DNA from: Pseudomonadota bacterium
GTDB taxonomy: Bacteria > Pseudomonadota > Alphaproteobacteria > UBA2136 > UBA6156
Direction: 5' to 3'
NCBI GenBank assembly: GCA_009927255.1
Contig: RFNJ01000125.1
Span: 1-46,246 of the forward strand
Length of the DNA stretch: 46,246 nt
Position numbers and translations under genes: made by a program. Positions 1 to 7,981 of this stretch are shown one piece after another. Within the stretch, counting starts at the first letter, position 1. The number at the start of each line of letters is the position of its first letter. The notes beneath the pieces are model-generated. The model was not told the DNA's origin. It ran no database searches and saw only the letters and a program-made list of their open reading frames with translations.

Positions 1-4
1 CAAG

Positions 5-1753
5 GTGAAGCCGACCCGCGGGATTGCGGTGAGTGGGGTGGCGAATGGTGGCGAGAATATTCGGGTGATGGTGGTGATGGGGGTTTTGAGCCTGCTGTTT
101 GCGGTGGTGGGCGTGCGGTTGGCCTTTGTGGCGCTGATGCCGCCAGCCGAGCCGCGGGCGAGTATTCGGGAAATGCCGCGTGAGGCGTTGCGGCGGGGGA
201 ATATTTATGACCGTAATGGCGTGCTGGTGGCGGCGACGTTGCGGGTTTATAGCCTTTATGCCGACCCCAAGCGGGTGTTGGACCCCGTGGAAGTGGCCAA
301 CAAACTGCCCACCGTGCTGAAGGGGGTGAGTGCGGTGCATTTGCTGGGGCTGTTGACTGATCCGAACCGACGGTTTGTGTGGATTAAGCGGCGGCTGACG
401 CCGGATGAGGCTGCGGCGGTGCATGCGCTGGGGCTGCCGGGGTTGGAGTTTCGGGAGGAGTTTGTGCGGGTGTATCCGCACCGCGAGATGGCGGGGCATT
501 TGTTGGGGGCGGTGGATGTGGACAACAACGGGTTGGCGGGGGTGGAGCGTGGGCAGGATGCGACGTTGCGGCAGGGTGAGGATGTTCACCTTGCGTTGGA
601 TGTGCGGTTGCAGGAATTGCTGCGCAAGCGGGTGCGCGATGCGATGGAGAAGGCGGGCGCCAAGGCGGCGTGGGGCTTGGTGATGAAGGCGCCAACGCGG
701 GAGATTGTGGCGATGGTGAGCTTGCCGGACTTTGACCCGAACCATTTGGGTGAGGCGAGTGCGGAGGCGCGGTTTAATCGGGCGGTGTTGGCGAGTTATG
801 AGATGGGGAGCACGTTTAAGCTTTTTACGCTGGCGCAGGGGTTGGCCGAGGGGCGGATTACGCCGGAGACCAAGATTGATTGCCGTGAGCCGATTGTGAT
901 TGGGCGGTTTACGATTAAGGATTATCACGCCAAGAAGAGCATTTTGACCGCCACCGAAGTGATGCGTTACAGCAGTAATATTGGCGCGGCGAAGATTGCC
1001 GACATGAGTGGGCCAGCGTTGCAAAAGGAATTTATGCGCAAGCTGGGGTTTTTGGAGCCGGTGCGGATTGGGGTGAGTGAAGTGGGGCCGGTGCGCTACC
1101 CGAGCAACTGGGGGCGGGTGCAGACGTTTACCATTGCTTTTGGCCACGGGATGATGGTGACGCCGGTGCATTTGGTGGCGGCGGTGGCGGCGCTGGCGGA
1201 TGGGCAATATAAGGTGCCGAGTGTGTTGCTGGGCGGGGTGGCGAGTGACACGGTGGCGCTGGGCAAGCAGCGGCAGGTGGTGGATGAGCAGACGCTGGGG
1301 CAGGTACATGAGCTGATGCGCGATGTGGTGCTGAATGGCAGCGGGCGGAGTTCGCAGTTGGCGGGGTTTGATATTGGTGGCAAGACCGGGACGGCGGAGA
1401 AAATTAGTGGACGGGGCTATGACAAGGGCAAAAATATTGTGAGCTTTGTGGGGGTGTTGCCGGTGAAAAACCCTGAGTATGTGACGCTGGTGATGCTGGA
1501 TGAGCCGCAGAAAGGCTTTGAGACCGGTGGCAAGAGTGCGGCGCCCGCGGTGGGGGCTTTCTATCGTGACTTGACCCAATTGGCGGGGCTGAAGCCAGAC
1601 ATGGAGGAGGTGGCGGCTTATCGCGAACTTTTGGCGCGGAGCAAGCGGCGGGAGGATGATCCGTGGTCGGTTTATTTATTGAGTGACTTTAGGGCGAAGC
1701 GGGCGATGGCTTTGGGGAAGAAAATGGAGTTGGAGGATGGGGTGCATGATTAA
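5..1753 (+). CDS. ftsI: Peptidoglycan D,D-transpeptidase FtsI (class B PBP)
   Basis: 582-aa ORF with an N-terminal TM helix (VMVVMGVLSLLFAVVGVRLAFVAL). Transpeptidase motifs STFK, SSN and KTGT are present. It heads a dcw-type gene run. The GTG start is 4 nt from the window edge, so the true start could lie upstream. Confidence 0.85.
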   Translation: MKPTRGIAVSGVANGGENIRVMVVMGVLSLLFAVVGVRLAFVALMPPAEPRASIREMPREALRRGNIYDRNGVLVAATLRVYSLYADPKRVLDPVEVANKLPTVLKGVSAVHLLGLLTDPNRRFVWIKRRLTPDEAAAVHALGLPGLEFREEFVRVYPHREMAGHLLGAVDVDNNGLAGVERGQDATLRQGEDVHLALDVRLQELLRKRVRDAMEKAGAKAAWGLVMKAPTREIVAMVSLPDFDPNHLGEASAEARFNRAVLASYEMGSTFKLFTLAQGLAEGRITPETKIDCREPIVIGRFTIKDYHAKKSILTATEVMRYSSNIGAAKIADMSGPALQKEFMRKLGFLEPVRIGVSEVGPVRYPSNWGRVQTFTIAFGHGMMVTPVHLVAAVAALADGQYKVPSVLLGGVASDTVALGKQRQVVDEQTLGQVHELMRDVVLNGSGRSSQLAGFDIGGKTGTAEKISGRGYDKGKNIVSFVGVLPVKNPEYVTLVMLDEPQKGFETGGKSAAPAVGAFYRDLTQLAGLKPDMEEVAAYRELLARSKRREDDPWSVYLLSDFRAKRAMALGKKMELEDGVHD

Positions 1754-1754
1754 G

Positions 1755-1854
1755 TTAACACATTTGCCCGCCTACGCCCGCGCTGCGCTTCGGGCTTCGG
1801 CGCGCGGCTATTTTGCTAAATTCGCTACGCTCATTAAGCAAAATATGCCGGAGG
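1755..1854. repeat. 100-bp palindromic intergenic repeat inserted between ftsI and murE, flanked by a 19-bp direct duplication
   Basis: Positions 1766-1850 match 18614-18698 at about 77 of 85 positions. The insert is flanked by the perfect direct repeat gatggggtgcatgattaag at 1736-1754 and 1855-1873. It contains GC hairpins plus the arms tattttgct / agcaaaata. Confidence 0.8.
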
Positions 1855-1864
1855 GATGGGGTGC

Positions 1865-3310
1865 ATGATTAAGATTGAGCAGGCGTTGGAGTTGCTGCGG
1901 GGGAAGCGGGTGGTGGAGGATAGTCGGGAGGTGGTGGGTATTGCTGATGCTTTGGTGTGGGATAGTCGGATTATGAAGGGGGGCGGGGTGGAGTTTGTGC
2001 GGGCGGCTTTGGATAAGGGGGCGACGGTGGTGACGGATTTAGAGGTTCAAGGAGCTGTGCGGGTGGCGGATGCGGGGGAGGTTTTGGCGCGGTATGCGGC
2101 GGGGCATTGGCCCAAGCAGCCTGCCAAGATTGTGGGGGTGACGGGGACGGCGGGGAAGAGCAGTGTGGCGTGGTTTTGCCAGCAGATTGGCCGCCAGATG
2201 AACAGTGCGGCGGTGGGGACGTTGGGGGTGATTCGGGAAGATAAGGTGGTGGAATATACGGGATATACCAGCCCGAGTGCGTTGAAGGTTCATCCCATTT
2301 TGCAAAGTTTGGCGGAGGATGGGGTGGGCTTGGCGGCGCTGGAAGTGAGCAGCCATGCGCTGGCGCTGCGGCGGATGGACGGCGTGCGGTTTTGTGCGGC
2401 GGGATATACCAACTTTACGCAGGACCATTTGGATTTTCATGGCAGCATGGAGGAGTATTTTTTGGCCAAGCTGCGGCTTTTTAGTGAGGTTTTGCCGGAA
2501 AATGGCTTGGCGGTGGTGAATGTGCGGCGGCAGGAATTGTGGCCGATTTTGGGCGTGGTGAAGCAGCGCGGTGGCAAGCTTTTGAGTGTGGGCACCAGCA
2601 ATGCCGAGCTGGTGGTGGAAGTGGTGCGGGCGGATGCGCGGGGGCTGCAGGTGAATTTGAAACTTGACCGTGTGCCAGTGGCGCTGGAGTTGCCGTTGGT
2701 GGGGAGTTTTCAGGCGGATAACTTGGCGGTGGCGCTGGGGCTGATGGTGGGGGCGGGGATGGCGTGGGGGGAGATTGCCACGGCGGCGGCGCATGTGACG
2801 AGTGTGGCGGGGCGGATGGAGATTGTGGGCGGTGGAAAGGCGAAAGGGCAGGGGGCTTTGGCCAAGGGTGGTAGGCCGACGGTGGTGGTGGATTATGCGC
2901 ATAAGCCGGATGCTTTGCGGCGGGCTTTGGAGGCTTTACGGCCGATGGTGGTGGGCAGTGGGAAGCTGCGGGTGGTGTTTGGCTGTGGGGGGAATCGGGA
3001 TGCGGGGAAACGCCCGATTATGGGTAAGATTGCGGCGGAGTTGGCGGATGCGGTTTATGTGACCGATGATAATCCGCGGCGGGAGGAGGCGGGGGGTATT
3101 CGCGACGCCGTGGTGGCGGGGGTGGTGGCGGGGGGCAAGAAGCCGCGCAATATTGGCGACCGCAGGAAGGCCATTTTGGCGGCGCTGAATGACAGCGGGC
3201 CGGATGATGTGGTGCTGGTGGCGGGTAAGGGGCATGAGGATGGGCAGATAGTGGGGGAGACGGTTTTGCCTTTTGATGACCGGGTGGTGGTGAGAGAATT
3301 GTTGGGGTAG
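1865..3310 (+). CDS. murE: UDP-N-acetylmuramoyl-L-alanyl-D-glutamate--2,6-diaminopimelate ligase
   Basis: Mur ligase P-loop GVTGTAGKSS and a DNPR motif (VTDDNPRRE). Position after ftsI fits murE. The ATG at 1865 has GGAGGG 9 nt upstream; the ORF track start at 1856 abuts the SD and is less likely. Confidence 0.85.
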   Translation: MIKIEQALELLRGKRVVEDSREVVGIADALVWDSRIMKGGGVEFVRAALDKGATVVTDLEVQGAVRVADAGEVLARYAAGHWPKQPAKIVGVTGTAGKSSVAWFCQQIGRQMNSAAVGTLGVIREDKVVEYTGYTSPSALKVHPILQSLAEDGVGLAALEVSSHALALRRMDGVRFCAAGYTNFTQDHLDFHGSMEEYFLAKLRLFSEVLPENGLAVVNVRRQELWPILGVVKQRGGKLLSVGTSNAELVVEVVRADARGLQVNLKLDRVPVALELPLVGSFQADNLAVALGLMVGAGMAWGEIATAAAHVTSVAGRMEIVGGGKAKGQGALAKGGRPTVVVDYAHKPDALRRALEALRPMVVGSGKLRVVFGCGGNRDAGKRPIMGKIAAELADAVYVTDDNPRREEAGGIRDAVVAGVVAGGKKPRNIGDRRKAILAALNDSGPDDVVLVAGKGHEDGQIVGETVLPFDDRVVVRELLG

Positions 3311-3375
3311 GGTAGGTAACCGGTTGACCGGATGACAGGGTGACCGGATAAGAGGATTTAGGGAAGGGTAAGTTG

Positions 3376-4266
3376 ATGAAGAAGATGCGGATGGGGTGGT
3401 TGGGGGTGGTTTTGGTTTCGGCTTTGGTGGCTTTTATGGTGGTGAAGTTATTGAGTCCGGCGCCGATTGTGGGGGGGAGTGGCGCGGCGGTTGCTGAGGG
3501 GGCTTTTGAGCGGGTGCTGCGGACGGGGGTTTTGCGGTGTAGCTATATTGTGTATCCGCCCGAAACCATAAAAGACCCGACCACCGGTGAGTTGAGTGGT
3601 GTGGTGGTGGATGTGACTGAGGAGGCGGCCAAGCGCTTGGGGCTGAAGGTAGAGTGGGTGGAGGAGGTGAATTTTTCCAATATGTTTGAGGGCTTAAAGG
3701 CCGGTAGCCATGATGCGGTGTGTGCGGGGATTTGGGAGAATCCACGGCGGGCGCGGGTGGCGCTGTTTACCACGCCGATTGATTATGGTTTGACGTTTGC
3801 GTTTGTGCGTGGGGGGGATAAGCGGTTTGATGCGGATATTATGAAAATTAACAGCCCCGAGGTGACGATTGCAGTGCTGGATGGGGAGTTTGGGGAGTAT
3901 TTGGCGAAGGAGCGCTTCCCCAAGGCCAAGCTTTACCACCTGCCGAGCACCAGCGATGTGGCGCAGGTGCCGGAAACCGTGGCGAGTGGCAAGGCGGATG
4001 TGGCGTTTGCGCAAAAGGGGCCGATGAAGCTTTATATGCAGCATAATCCCGGGAAATTGCGGGTGGCGGGGGTTGGGGACAATCCCGCGCCGATTTCGGC
4101 GATGCCGGGCAACCCGATTGCGGTGCGCTATGAGGACTGGAAGCTGAAGCTGATGCTGGATGCGGCGCTTAAGAATTTGATTAATAATGGATTTGTGGAG
4201 GAGGTGATACGCAAGTATGACCCGAAATTGGATAGTTATGCGCTGGTGGCGGTGCCGTTTCGGTAG
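3376..4266 (+). CDS. Periplasmic solute-binding protein, family 3 (amino-acid ABC type), orphan
   Basis: N-terminal signal/anchor (WLGVVLVSALVAFMVV). The pattern is SBP_bac_3-like: GVLRCSY..P......GELSGVVVDV..EAAKRLGLKVEWV...FSNMFEGLKAGSHDAVCAG. No permease or ATPase gene is adjacent. Confidence 0.65.
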   Translation: MKKMRMGWLGVVLVSALVAFMVVKLLSPAPIVGGSGAAVAEGAFERVLRTGVLRCSYIVYPPETIKDPTTGELSGVVVDVTEEAAKRLGLKVEWVEEVNFSNMFEGLKAGSHDAVCAGIWENPRRARVALFTTPIDYGLTFAFVRGGDKRFDADIMKINSPEVTIAVLDGEFGEYLAKERFPKAKLYHLPSTSDVAQVPETVASGKADVAFAQKGPMKLYMQHNPGKLRVAGVGDNPAPISAMPGNPIAVRYEDWKLKLMLDAALKNLINNGFVEEVIRKYDPKLDSYALVAVPFR

Positions 4267-4400
4267 GATGATAGGATTTTAGGGTGTTAGGATGTTAAGG
4301 GTATGAGGGGGCCGCGTTAGCTGTTTTTTTGGTGTGAATTGGTGGGGGAATTTTGGGCGGGGGGCTGGTTTTTGGTTGGGTTTGGGTGGATAGTGGGGGC

Positions 4401-5482
4401 ATGATTTATCATCTTTTGGTGCCGCTGGCGGAGTATGTGAGTTGGTTGAATGTGTTTCAATACCTGACCGTGCGGGCGGGGGGGGCGATGTTGACCGCGT
4501 TTGCTTTGTGGCTGCTGTTTGGCACGGCGTTGATTGCGAAGTTTCGGTTTTGGCAAAAGGGTGGTGATACGGTGAAGGCGATTTTGCCGCATGCGGGCAA
4601 GGCAGGGACGCCGACCATGGGCGGCGTGGGTGTGGTTGCAGCGCTGGTGGTGAGTGTGCTGCTGTGGACCAATTTGCTGAACCCTTATGTGTGGTTGATT
4701 TTGTTTGTGGTGGTGGGGTTTTTTACCGTGGGGTTTGTGGATGATTGGTTGAACTTGACGCGGCGCTGGCGGCGAGGGTTGCCGGGGCGGTTGCGGCTGC
4801 TGCTGGGAGCGGCGCTGGCGGTGGCGTTTTTGCTGGTGTATCAGCGGGTGAATGGGATGCCGGTGGCGACTGAGGTTTATTTTCCGTTTTTGAAAGACTG
4901 GGTGGTGGGACTTGGGGTGGTGGGGTTTGTGATTTTTGGGGTGTGCGTGATTGTGGGCTGTGCCAATGCAGTGAATATTACCGATGGGTTGGATGGGTTG
5001 GTGAGTATTCCGGCGGTGATTGTGGCGACGACTTTGGCGATTTTGGCGTATGTGATGGGGCGGGTGGATTATACGGCTTATTTGCATTTGCCCTACATTC
5101 CGGGAGCAGGCGAGGTGGCGGTGATGTGTGCGGCGTTGGCGGGGGCGATGCTGGGGTTTTTGTGGTTTAATGCGCCGCCGGCGCGGATTTTTTTGGGTGA
5201 TACCGGTAGCTTGCCGGTGGGGGCGATGCTGGGGGCGGTGGCGGTGTTGATTAAGCAGGAGTTTGCGTTGTTGATTATTGGGGGGTTGTTTGTGCTGGAG
5301 ACGCTGAGTGTTTTACTGCAGGTGGCGAGTTTTAAGTTGACGGGAAAAGGATATTTAGGATGGCGCCGTTGCACCACCACTTTGAGCAATTGGGCTGGCC
5401 GGAGAGTACGATTGTGGTGCGATTTTGGATTATCAGCATGATTTTGGCGCTGATTGGTTTGGCAACATTGAAGTTGAGATAG
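4401..5482 (+). CDS. mraY: Phospho-N-acetylmuramoyl-pentapeptide transferase MraY, reading frame broken by a -1 frameshift at 5342-5348
   Basis: [29 protein letters not shown] is a canonical MraY N-terminus. The zero frame runs to TGA at 5441 with a non-homologous tail. The -1 frame from 5348 encodes [44 protein letters not shown], the conserved MraY C-terminus, ending with TAG at 5480-5482. The joined product is 360 aa. Confidence 0.85.
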
Positions 5483-5489
5483 GTGCAGG

Positions 5490-6872
5490 ATGGCTTACGG
5501 GTTACGCAAAGATAAGGCGGTGCTGGTTTATGGCCTGGCGGGCAGCGGGCGGGCGGTGGTGGAGAAGCTGGCGGAGGCGGGCATGCGGCTGCTGGTGTGG
5601 GATGATAAGTTGGCGGAGATGCCAGAGGCTTTGCGCGGGCTTGAGCGGGTGTTTTGGGTGCCGCCGGCGGAGATTGAGTGGCGTGATGTGCAGGTGTTGA
5701 TTAAGACGCCGGGGGTGCCGATGGAGAGTGATTTGGTGCGGGCGGCGCAGGCGGCCAAAGTGCCGGTGATGGGCGAGATTGATTTGTTTTGGCGGCGGGA
5801 GAAGGCGAGTGGGGCGACGTTTATTGGGGTGACCGGCACCAATGGCAAGAGCACGACTACTGCGTTGATTGCGCATATTTTGAAGAGTGCGGGGAAGCAG
5901 GTTTTGGCGGGGGGGAACCTGGGGGTGCCCGCGATGTATTTGGGCGAGCTGGAGAGTGGTGGATTTTATGTGCTGGAGCTTTCGAGCTACCAACTGGAAA
6001 TCATGCAGGAGATGGCGCTGGATGGGGCGGTGTTTTTGAACCTGACGCCGGACCACTTGGCGCGGCACAAGACGATGGAGAGTTATCGGGCGGCCAAACA
6101 GCGGATTTTTGATTTGGCCAAACCTGACGCGACCAAAGTGCTGGGGGTTGACCAGTTATTGCTGCGCGAGATTGCGGCTGGCACCGGCGCGATAACGGTG
6201 AGTGTGGGTGGTGAGGCCGAGGTGATGGTGCGTGATGGGGCGGTGTGGCGCGAGGGCAAGCAGGTGTTGAAGCTGGGGGATTTTGTGGATTTGCCAGGGC
6301 CGCATAATGCGCAGAACTTGGCGTGTGCGTTTGCGCTGCTGGTGCCGCGGTGGTGTTCGGTGGCGGAATTTGTGGCGGGGGCGAAGAGTTATCGGGCGTT
6401 GCCGCACCGTTTGGAGCAAGTGGGGGCGGTGGAGGGCATTCGGTTTATTAACGACAGCAAGGCGACCAATGGCGACAGTGCGGTTTATGCTTTGCAGAGT
6501 TATCCGGCGATTTATTGGATTTGCGGGGGGCAGCCGAAGACCGATGGTTTGGGGGCGTGTGTGGAGCACTTGGGGGCGGTGCGGGCGGCGTTTACGATTG
6601 GGGAAGCGGGCGAAGATTTTGCCGCGACTTTGCAGAAACGTGGCGTGGCGGCGTTTGTGAGTGGCACGATGGAGCGGGCGGTGGTGGAGGCTTTTGCGGC
6701 GGCCAAAAGTGATGTGGGTAAGGGGCCGGTGGTGTTGCTTTCGCCCGCGTGTGCGAGCTTTGACCAGTTTCGGAATTTTGAGCATCGGGGCGATGTGTTC
6801 GCGAATTGTGTGCGGGGGTTGATTCAGGACGGTGAGCCTGCGCCGCGGCGGAAGAAGGATAGCGAGGCATGA
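5490..6872 (+). CDS. murD: UDP-N-acetylmuramoylalanine--D-glutamate ligase
   Basis: 460 aa with an N-terminal Rossmann motif (VLVYGLAGSGRA) and Mur ligase P-loop GVTGTNGKSTT. dcw position between mraY and ftsW. Confidence 0.85.
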   Translation: MAYGLRKDKAVLVYGLAGSGRAVVEKLAEAGMRLLVWDDKLAEMPEALRGLERVFWVPPAEIEWRDVQVLIKTPGVPMESDLVRAAQAAKVPVMGEIDLFWRREKASGATFIGVTGTNGKSTTTALIAHILKSAGKQVLAGGNLGVPAMYLGELESGGFYVLELSSYQLEIMQEMALDGAVFLNLTPDHLARHKTMESYRAAKQRIFDLAKPDATKVLGVDQLLLREIAAGTGAITVSVGGEAEVMVRDGAVWREGKQVLKLGDFVDLPGPHNAQNLACAFALLVPRWCSVAEFVAGAKSYRALPHRLEQVGAVEGIRFINDSKATNGDSAVYALQSYPAIYWICGGQPKTDGLGACVEHLGAVRAAFTIGEAGEDFAATLQKRGVAAFVSGTMERAVVEAFAAAKSDVGKGPVVLLSPACASFDQFRNFEHRGDVFANCVRGLIQDGEPAPRRKKDSEA

Positions 6873-7981
6873 GTTTATTCCGGCAAAGCAGGCACCCGAT
6901 TGTGCGGTGGTGGTGGGAAATGGACCGCGTGAGCGTGATTACGTTGTTGGTAATTATGTTGTGTGGTGCGGTGGCGGTGACCACCGCGAGTGTGGCGGTG
7001 GCGAAAACGTATAACGTGGGGGCGTATTATTTTGCGTTGCGGCAGTATGTTTTTTTGGGCGTGGCAGCTGGTTTAATGGTTGTTTTAACAGGTTTAAAAC
7101 CGGTGGGGGTGCAGCGGTTGGGGATGATTTTATTTGGGGTGGCTTTTGTGGGGCTTTTGCTTACTTTTGTGCTGGGTGTGGAAGTGAAAGGGGCGAAACG
7201 GTGGTTGGAGATTGCTGGGCAGAGTGTGCAACCTACTGAATTTTTGAAGCCTGCCTTGATTATTTTGACCGCGATGCTGCTGGCGCATGATGAACCGCAG
7301 CGGCGCTTGCAGGGATTTTTAGTGAGTATTGTTTTGATGGCGATGGTAGCGATTCCGGTATTGTTACAGCCTAACTTTGGGATGGTTTTGGCAATGGGAA
7401 CGGTGTGGTTTGCGCAGGTTTTTATGGCGGGACTACCGCTTTTGTGGTTGGCGCCCTTGGTAGCGGGGGGGCTTTGTGTGGTGGTGGGGAGTTATATGTT
7501 GCTGCCGCACGTGCGTGACCGTTTGGAGCGGTTTGTGAACCCGGGGGCGAGTGATACCTACCAGATTGACCAAGCCAGCGAGGCGATTATGGCGGGGCAC
7601 CTGTGGGGCCGTGGGGCGGGGGAAGGGGTGGTGAAAAACCAACTGCCGGATGCCCACACCGACTTTATTTTTGCGGTGGTGGTGGAGGAATTTGGGATTT
7701 TGGTGGGGCTGATGTTGATGGGATTGTTTTTGTTTTTGGTGTTGCGCGGGTTTAGCCGCGTGGTGGAGCAGGATGACCGCTTTGTGCTGCTGGCGGCGGG
7801 TGGGCTGTTGACGCTGGTGAGCTTGCATGTGTGTGTGAACATTGGGGTGGCGTTGCATCTTGTTCCGACCACGGGGATGACGTTGCCGTTTGTGAGTTAT
7901 GGGGGGTCTTCCACCTTTGCAATGGCGTTGGTGTTTGGGTTGTTGTTGGCTTTGTTACGTAAGCAGGGGCGGCGGTTTTGA
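6869..7981 (+). CDS. ftsW: Peptidoglycan glycosyltransferase / lipid II flippase FtsW (SEDS family)
   Basis: 370-aa polytopic protein with a SEDS C-terminal signature (LPDAHTDFIFAVV, GMTLPFVSYGGSS). ATGA overlap with the murD stop. Confidence 0.85.
   Translation: MSLFRQSRHPIVRWWWEMDRVSVITLLVIMLCGAVAVTTASVAVAKTYNVGAYYFALRQYVFLGVAAGLMVVLTGLKPVGVQRLGMILFGVAFVGLLLTFVLGVEVKGAKRWLEIAGQSVQPTEFLKPALIILTAMLLAHDEPQRRLQGFLVSIVLMAMVAIPVLLQPNFGMVLAMGTVWFAQVFMAGLPLLWLAPLVAGGLCVVVGSYMLLPHVRDRLERFVNPGASDTYQIDQASEAIMAGHLWGRGAGEGVVKNQLPDAHTDFIFAVVVEEFGILVGLMLMGLFLFLVLRGFSRVVEQDDRFVLLAAGGLLTLVSLHVCVNIGVALHLVPTTGMTLPFVSYGGSSTFAMALVFGLLLALLRKQGRRF

Noticed and set aside
1683-1868. Short ORFs spanning repeat elements or tRNAs: 1683..1868, 18693..18914, 18656..18838, 25803..26093, 25850..26158, 35736..35987, 36085..36273 and 28668..28934.
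   Set aside because: They read through palindromic repeats or tRNA genes. They have no SD and no family resemblance.
5425-5700. ORF 5425..5700 (+) overlapping the mraY end and the murD start.
   Set aside because: It is in a third frame with a Trp/Arg/Cys-rich translation. The region is fully explained by the -1 frame tail of mraY and by murD.
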